Positions 27,800 to 32,000 of a stretch of DNA of 32,000 nt are shown one piece after another. The first letter of the stretch is position 1. Each line of letters begins with the position of its first letter. The notes beneath the pieces are model-generated. The model saw only the letters and a list, made by a program, of their open reading frames with translations. It did not search any database and had not been told where the DNA came from. Made by a program: the position numbers and the translations under genes. This DNA comes from Haloferax volcanii DS2 (GTDB taxonomy: Archaea; Halobacteriota; Halobacteria; Halobacteriales; Haloferacaceae). The stretch covers positions 330,001 through 362,000 of the forward strand of contig NC_013966.1 in assembly GCF_000025685.1 (NCBI RefSeq), written 5' to 3'.

Positions 27800-29047
27800 G
27801 TGAACTGGTCGCGGAAGTCGCTCGACGAGCTCGAAGCGTTCTACTGGGAGACGATAGCGCCGGCGATGGACCGCGACGGGATGGACCCGACGCGGGACGT
27901 GCCGACCTACGCGTGGCTGACCGAACGCGGCTGGTCGGGCATCGCCTACGCGCTCCGCGAGAAACACGACCTCACCCCGCGGGAGTTCTTCGTCGAGGTC
28001 GTCGGTCTCGGCGACGATGAGGCCGACGAGGGCTACGACTGGGGCGTCGACGACGACCGCACCGTCGAGGCGTTCGAGTCCTACCTCGGCATGCTCGAAT
28101 CGCGGCGCAGCCTCGCGGACTCGACGCTGCCGACCCGCCGCACCCACCTCGCGCGGTTCGCCCGAATCTACCGCGACCGGTACGGGTCGGCGGACCTGCT
28201 TTCCCGGCTCGACGACCGCGACGCCGAGCCCGACGAGATAGACCGCTGTCTCGCGGTCCTCGACGAGTTCGACGCCGAGCTCGCCACCGACGGAACGAAG
28301 CTCAAATACCTCCAGACGGTCCGGTCGTTCTACGAGTACCTCGTGGACTTCCGGCGCGCGCGGTACAACCCCGTCGAGAACGCCGCAAAGCAGTTCCGCT
28401 GGGAGCAGGGCCAACCCGACAACCGCACGATGACGGCCGACCAAGTGAGCGACGTGTACGCCGTCGCCGACGACCTCGAAGACCGGCTTCTCGTCCTCGG
28501 ACTCGCCGGGTGGGGGCTGCGACCGAACGAACTCGCGTCGCTCCGCGCCTCCCAGCTCGTCCTCTCCGGCGACGACCCCCACATCGCGTTCGACGAGCGC
28601 AAAAACGGGCCGGGAACCGTCGCGCTCCTCTACGGCGTCGACGCCGTCGCCGCGCGCATCGACGCGCTCGCCGCGGACGACGACTGGAACGGCGCGCTGT
28701 TTCCCTCCTCGCGGGCCGCCTCGGGACACATCGCCCGCGAGACGGTCAACCGCCGGTTCAAGCGCCTCGCCGACGAGGCCGGCGTGGCCGTCGACGGCGA
28801 GGTTCCGACCGCGAAACTCTGTCGGCGCTTCTGGTACACGGCATATCAGGAAGCGGTCGACGAGATGCTCGCCCAGTTGGAGGGCGTCGCCGCCGACCAA
28901 GGGTCGAAAAGCGCCGGCGTCGTCATGTCGAACTACCTCTCCGAGGAGCGCCGCCGGTCGTTCCGCCGGCAGGCGATGCGCGAGACGCTGGCCGACGTGT
29001 TCGAGTCCGCCGGCGAGTCTGCGACCGTCGAGACGCAGATGCCGTGA
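27800..29047 (+). CDS. tyrosine recombinase / phage-type integrase
   Basis: 415 aa, GTG start in the track. The C-terminal catalytic region has GLRPNELASLR (Arg I), KLCRRFWYT (K/H-x-x-R box) and GVVMSNYL (nucleophile Tyr context). The N-terminal half is SAM-like (YLQTVRSFYEYLV). Confidence 0.9.
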   Translation: MNWSRKSLDELEAFYWETIAPAMDRDGMDPTRDVPTYAWLTERGWSGIAYALREKHDLTPREFFVEVVGLGDDEADEGYDWGVDDDRTVEAFESYLGMLESRRSLADSTLPTRRTHLARFARIYRDRYGSADLLSRLDDRDAEPDEIDRCLAVLDEFDAELATDGTKLKYLQTVRSFYEYLVDFRRARYNPVENAAKQFRWEQGQPDNRTMTADQVSDVYAVADDLEDRLLVLGLAGWGLRPNELASLRASQLVLSGDDPHIAFDERKNGPGTVALLYGVDAVAARIDALAADDDWNGALFPSSRAASGHIARETVNRRFKRLADEAGVAVDGEVPTAKLCRRFWYTAYQEAVDEMLAQLEGVAADQGSKSAGVVMSNYLSEERRRSFRRQAMRETLADVFESAGESATVETQMP

Positions 29048-29323
29048 CTGTCGCGTCGGTCGCTGCGCAAGACACGAGGTGGGTCGGCGGCCGGGTAAAT
29101 CATATGTCGCGATATACAACTATCTCGTGGTGGGAGCCACAGTTTCGGAGGATGGGCAGTTTTAGCGTGGCTTTGACGCTGAATTGGGTTAGATTGCGGG
29201 AAAAGCGAGCTAGAAGATTCGGTTAAACTAGTTAATCCCCTGTAGTTGTCAGAAATTAGCTGGCATATTCCACCTAAAGATAGTGCCACCGCTCACGAGG
29301 GGCAAGCCGGAGTGTTCGTTCAC

Positions 29324-30954
29324 TTAGTCCGGCGGAAGCAGCGCCGAAGAGACCAACTCGACACACTCTCCAGCAGTAATGACTGGTGCGTAGTCCATCT
29401 CACCGTCAGCAGCAGCTTTCAACAGAAAGTCAGTGAGCCGCCAGATATTGTACAAGAGGACCGCGAACACGAAGTAGAACAGCCGAACGCGGTAGTCCTT
29501 CGAGGAAGTCTTCGCCAGAAATCGTGTTTGATTGACTTGTATTCGTTCTCGATCTGCCAGCGACTACTGTAGCGCCGACAGAACGTTTCAGCCTCTTCCG
29601 GCTGAACGCGAGCATTCGTCGCAAAGACAGTCGTCCCATCTGACTTCGTCGAGGGAACATACAAAAACTGCATCCCGTGCGAACCCTGTTCGACGTGGAC
29701 AGAACCCGACTCAACTGCGACCTCTTGGTCGTCTTGCTCTATCTGCTCAATCGCTTTCCGCTCTGAGCTGGTGATCCGCTTGGGAATCAGGTAGTTCACG
29801 TTAAGATTCGAGAGCGTCTGAAACACTCGCATTGAGTCGAATTCGCGGTCGCATAACACCATCTCAATAGGGACGTATTCTTTCGCTTTCCGGACTAATC
29901 GCCGGACGACACGATGAATTCGATTCGGCGGGTTGTTGTCCCACCCCGAACTTTCACGAACCGGTTCAACAGCCAAGACCAGCGGGACGTTCTGCCCAAT
30001 AATCGAGAGGGTGGCAAACTTGAACGCACGTCCATCACCGTCTTTCGTCCCGCTGACCATTGGCATTCCTTCAACATCACCGAAGTAGGGCACTGCGGTA
30101 ATGTCAAGAGCCACGGTCACTGGCCGCCGAAACGAGACTTCAGACTCGATTACTGAGAGTAGCCGGTTGGTAGCGGTGTCGAACCCATCGAGAAGTGATT
30201 CGCTATCGAACTGCTTGACTGCCCGGAGGTGCGTATCACCGTGTGGGCCGTACTCTTTCCCACGTCGGTACTGAAAGCGTGCTGCGCCTTGGGCAGTTCC
30301 ACACCCGACCATCCCCATGAACGTCTGTAACTCGAAGAATCGAGAGTCATCGTACGACGCGTTCTCTGCTCTGCCAGAGTCAAATGGCGTGAAACAGTGT
30401 TCACGAGCAAGGCGAGTCGTACGAAAAATCTCCTTGTCGTCGAACGTGTCTCTCTGTTCTTCTCCATTACCAGACTCCCCTGAGCCACGTTCTTCGAAAT
30501 CGAGGACTTCGTGCTTAGGACGTACTTCAGCAACAGATGGACCGAAATCGTGGATATTTTTGACGAGTAGATGTGCGCCTCGTTCGACAAACTCACGAGT
30601 GACTGTGTCGAAGCGATTACGCCACGTTCTCGACAAGACCGACACATCAGGAATACGGTCGAGACCACACGCTGAGGCGAGTTCATGGTAGCCGGAGAGT
30701 TTCCGATAGCTGTTTCCAGTGATTTCGCGGTAGAAGAAGAGCTTGAGTATTCCCTGAAATGGGTACGATGCTGGATGCCACTCAGGATAGCCGTCTTCAA
30801 GCGTCTCAAGCCGAATTTCAAGTTCTTCGAACGCTTCAAGTAGTGACTTGCCGAGCCGGAGATGTTCCCGAAGGTCGAGGCCAACAAGAAAAGCATCGGT
30901 CATTCGAGCAGCACGGGTTTCCATACGACCGATATTTTCAACACTCCTCATCAA
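29324..30954 (-). pseudogene. IS4-superfamily DDE transposase with a 1-nt frameshift near its 3' end
   Basis: Candidate DDE residues lie in VALDITAV, LVLCDREFDS and the Y-2-R-3-E-6-K block YSSRWQIENEYKSIK. After ...KHDF (about 29515-29525, an A-run on the + strand) the track frame turns into Cys/Ser/Arg junk and stops at 29419. The adjacent frame reads AKTSSKDYRVRLFYFVFAVLLYNIWRLTDFLLKAAADGEMDYAPVITAGECVELVSSALLPPD, stopping at 29324. Confidence 0.8.
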
Positions 30955-31013
30955 TACCTCGACAAGCGATAGTTCAAGCAGTTATCTAGACAGTGCCGGC
31001 TCTGTTGAAATCC
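29324..31013 (-). mobile_element. insertion sequence (IS4 superfamily); right terminus at about 31013, left terminus unresolved
   Basis: The transposase gene plus a 17-nt terminus-like sequence CGGCTCTGTTGAAATCC at 30997-31013, 43 bp upstream of the transposase start. No matching inverted copy was found left of 29324. Only a 10-nt core (TTTCAACAGA, 29417-29426) occurs, and it is inside the ORF. Confidence 0.55.
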
Positions 31014-31123
31014 TTCAGCGTTGACATTGAAGAGAGCGCTCCATCTGGCTAGTTTCCGTGGGTCACAGTGAAAACTAGTCTCTCAACAAATCGCAAGACG
31101 GAAAGAGGGTTTCAACAGAGCCG
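30997..31123. repeat. 17-nt inverted repeats (16/17 match) enclosing 93 bp
   Basis: CGGCTCTGTTGAAATCC (30997-31013) against GGGTTTCAACAGAGCCG (31107-31123). Internal sub-hairpins are cttca...tgaag (31013-31032) and ctagttt...aaactag (31049-31078). Confidence 0.85.
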
Positions 31124-31251
31124 AACGGATGATAACTCGGGTTGTTTGGAACCATACCCTTAGGATTCACTGACTGATGGTGTATGAAAACTGTACCCGT
31201 CTATCGCATTCGAACTATCCAATTACTGTAGTGAGGCGTGGACAATCTCAA

Positions 31252-31443
31252 TTAATATGTTAGATAGATATGCAAGTTTAGGAGGAACAAGAAAATAGCT
31301 ACGACGTATCTGATGAACCTAACTAGTCCAGCCGAAGGCGTCGAGTCTTTAGCTCCCTTCAATCTCATCCGAGCAAACTTTTCAGGAAATATAAACATCA
31401 ACGCCGCAATGCCCATGAAGAGGGCTCCGAATAAATTTCCCAT
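31252..31443 (-). CDS. hypothetical small two-TM membrane protein in AT-rich DNA
   Basis: 63 aa from the ATG at 31443: MGNLFGALFMGIAALMFIFPEKFARMRLKGAKDSTPSAGLVRFIRYVVAIFLFLLNLHIYLTY; the track ORF starts at a TTG at 31485. Two hydrophobic helices, but codon usage is atypically AT-rich for this genome. Confidence 0.3.
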   Translation of the reverse strand: MGNLFGALFMGIAALMFIFPEKFARMRLKGAKDSTPSAGLVRFIRYVVAIFLFLLNLHIYLTY

Positions 31444-31703
31444 GAGAATCCTATCATTGGTGCGTATAAATTCCTGATGGCTCAATCAATCGTGTATTCG
31501 ATCTTTTTGTACCAAGTATCAGTACCTCACAAAGCATCCTCGCCTAGCTGTCTCTGAAGCCTGAATTCTGTGGCCGAGCGGTTGCATTGGCGGTCTCGAC
31601 GACAGAATCATGGACGGATCGGCGGAGAGCCGTCGCTGTCGGCGGCGGCTGCCGCCGACGCGACAGCGTCGCCACTCCCACCGTTGGCTAGCCCGGTCGG
31701 GAG

Positions 31704-32000
31704 TTACCGGTGGAACCGGTCGTCCGGTGGCCGGTTCGCGGGGACGGCCCGACGCGTCGCGAGGGCCGTCCACGCTGCCCGTCGGATCATGTTGATGAAC
31801 TCCTTGAATGGCCACTGCCAGAGGCGACGCCCGCCTCGGCGGGGCGTCGCCACGTACTCCCAGTGCAGATACCGCCACACGTTCTGTAACAGCAAGCTCA
31901 CCACGACGTACAGCAGCCGTACAACCGGATTTTGTGTCGAGGTCGTCGCGATACTTTGTTCAGAGAGTCGATAGCTTGCCTCGATACCGAAGCGTTTCGC
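31704..32000 (-). mobile_element. 3' part of a second IS transposase gene (IS4 superfamily), truncated by the window edge
   Basis: The - strand reads without stops from the window edge: ...KRFGIEASYRLSEQSIATTSTQNPVVRLLYVVVSLLLQNVWRYLHWEYVATPRRGGRRLWQWPFKEFINMIRRAAW..., stopping at 31704. The R-x-G-I-E-x-S-Y-R block resembles the R-3-E part of the DDE transposase C-terminal motif. Confidence 0.7.

Noticed and set aside
27629-29119. 496-aa - strand ORF
   Set aside because: It is antisense to the integrase, which has recognisable catalytic boxes. The antisense product is Arg/Gly/Val-rich without motifs.
29515-29525. Programmed ribosomal frameshifting in the transposase
   Set aside because: IS4-superfamily transposases are normally single-ORF enzymes. 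There is no slippery heptamer or downstream structure of the IS1/IS3 type, and the shift falls after the catalytic E motif. A mutational or sequencing indel is the simpler reading.
31049-31078. Inverted GTTTCCGTGGG / CAGTGAAAAC half-sites resembling haloarchaeal origin recognition boxes
   Set aside because: The match to the ORB core, as far as I remember it, is imperfect. There is no G-rich extension, no flanking duplex-unwinding repeat architecture and no orc/cdc6 gene nearby. The hairpin is better explained as part of the IS-terminus module.
1-32000. CRISPR arrays, rRNA genes, reverse transcriptase/retron-like or obvious defence-system genes
   Set aside because: No regularly spaced 25-40 bp direct repeats, no rRNA-like segments, and no ORF with RT, nuclease-helicase or other defence hallmarks were seen on either strand.

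Overview
High-GC haloarchaeal DNA. The proteins are acidic, carry Tat/lipobox signals, and many genes look leaderless. From memory, gene content and order resemble a Haloferax accessory replicon (pHV4-like). I cannot verify that here.

Content, left to right:
- 0.6-2.3 kb: two membrane proteins of unknown function.
- 2.4-4.6 kb: an ABC-2 permease, ATPase and Tat-lipoprotein operon.
- 4.6-5.5 kb: an AT-rich non-coding gap.
- 5.5-6.3 kb: a frameshifted FN3-domain pseudogene.
- 6.4-13.7 kb: a complete galactoside/galactose island. It has a GH42 beta-galactosidase (bgaH-like), KDG(al) kinase, KDPG(al) aldolase, a Gfo/Idh/MocA sugar dehydrogenase, galactonate dehydratase and an IclR regulator, i.e. 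the DeLey-Doudoroff route.
- 13.7-14.8 kb: about 1.1 kb of non-coding DNA.
- 14.8-15.6 kb: a SprT-like protein and a tiny membrane protein.
- 16.0-25.3 kb: a DUF1028 protein, a Dpp/Opp-class ABC importer (SBP, two permeases, fused double ATPase), an M20 amidohydrolase and a second IclR regulator.
- 25.3-26.2 kb: non-coding DNA with a 9-bp periodic AT-rich repeat array.
- 26.2-27.6 kb: two adjacent inactivated genes, a frameshifted Usp and an internally deleted APC permease.
- 27.66 kb onward: an orphan tRNA 3' fragment followed by a tyrosine integrase, a frameshifted IS4-type transposase, a second IS-terminus remnant, an AT-rich stretch, and another transposase cut by the window edge. Together these look like the boundary of an integrated mobile element.

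There is no CRISPR array, rRNA or intact tRNA. I found no convincing wholly new multi-gene system.

Best leads:
- a recent in-frame 63-bp insertion bounded by a perfect 30-bp direct repeat inside the beta-galactosidase gene;
- the att-like tRNA fragment plus integrase boundary;
- the 9-bp repeat array and its shared ATTGTAC/GTACAAT motif;
- the head-to-head IS-terminus palindrome;
- the uncharacterised DUF1028 / ABC / M20 / IclR module.

Many long ORFs in the track are antisense artefacts of the high GC content and were discarded.
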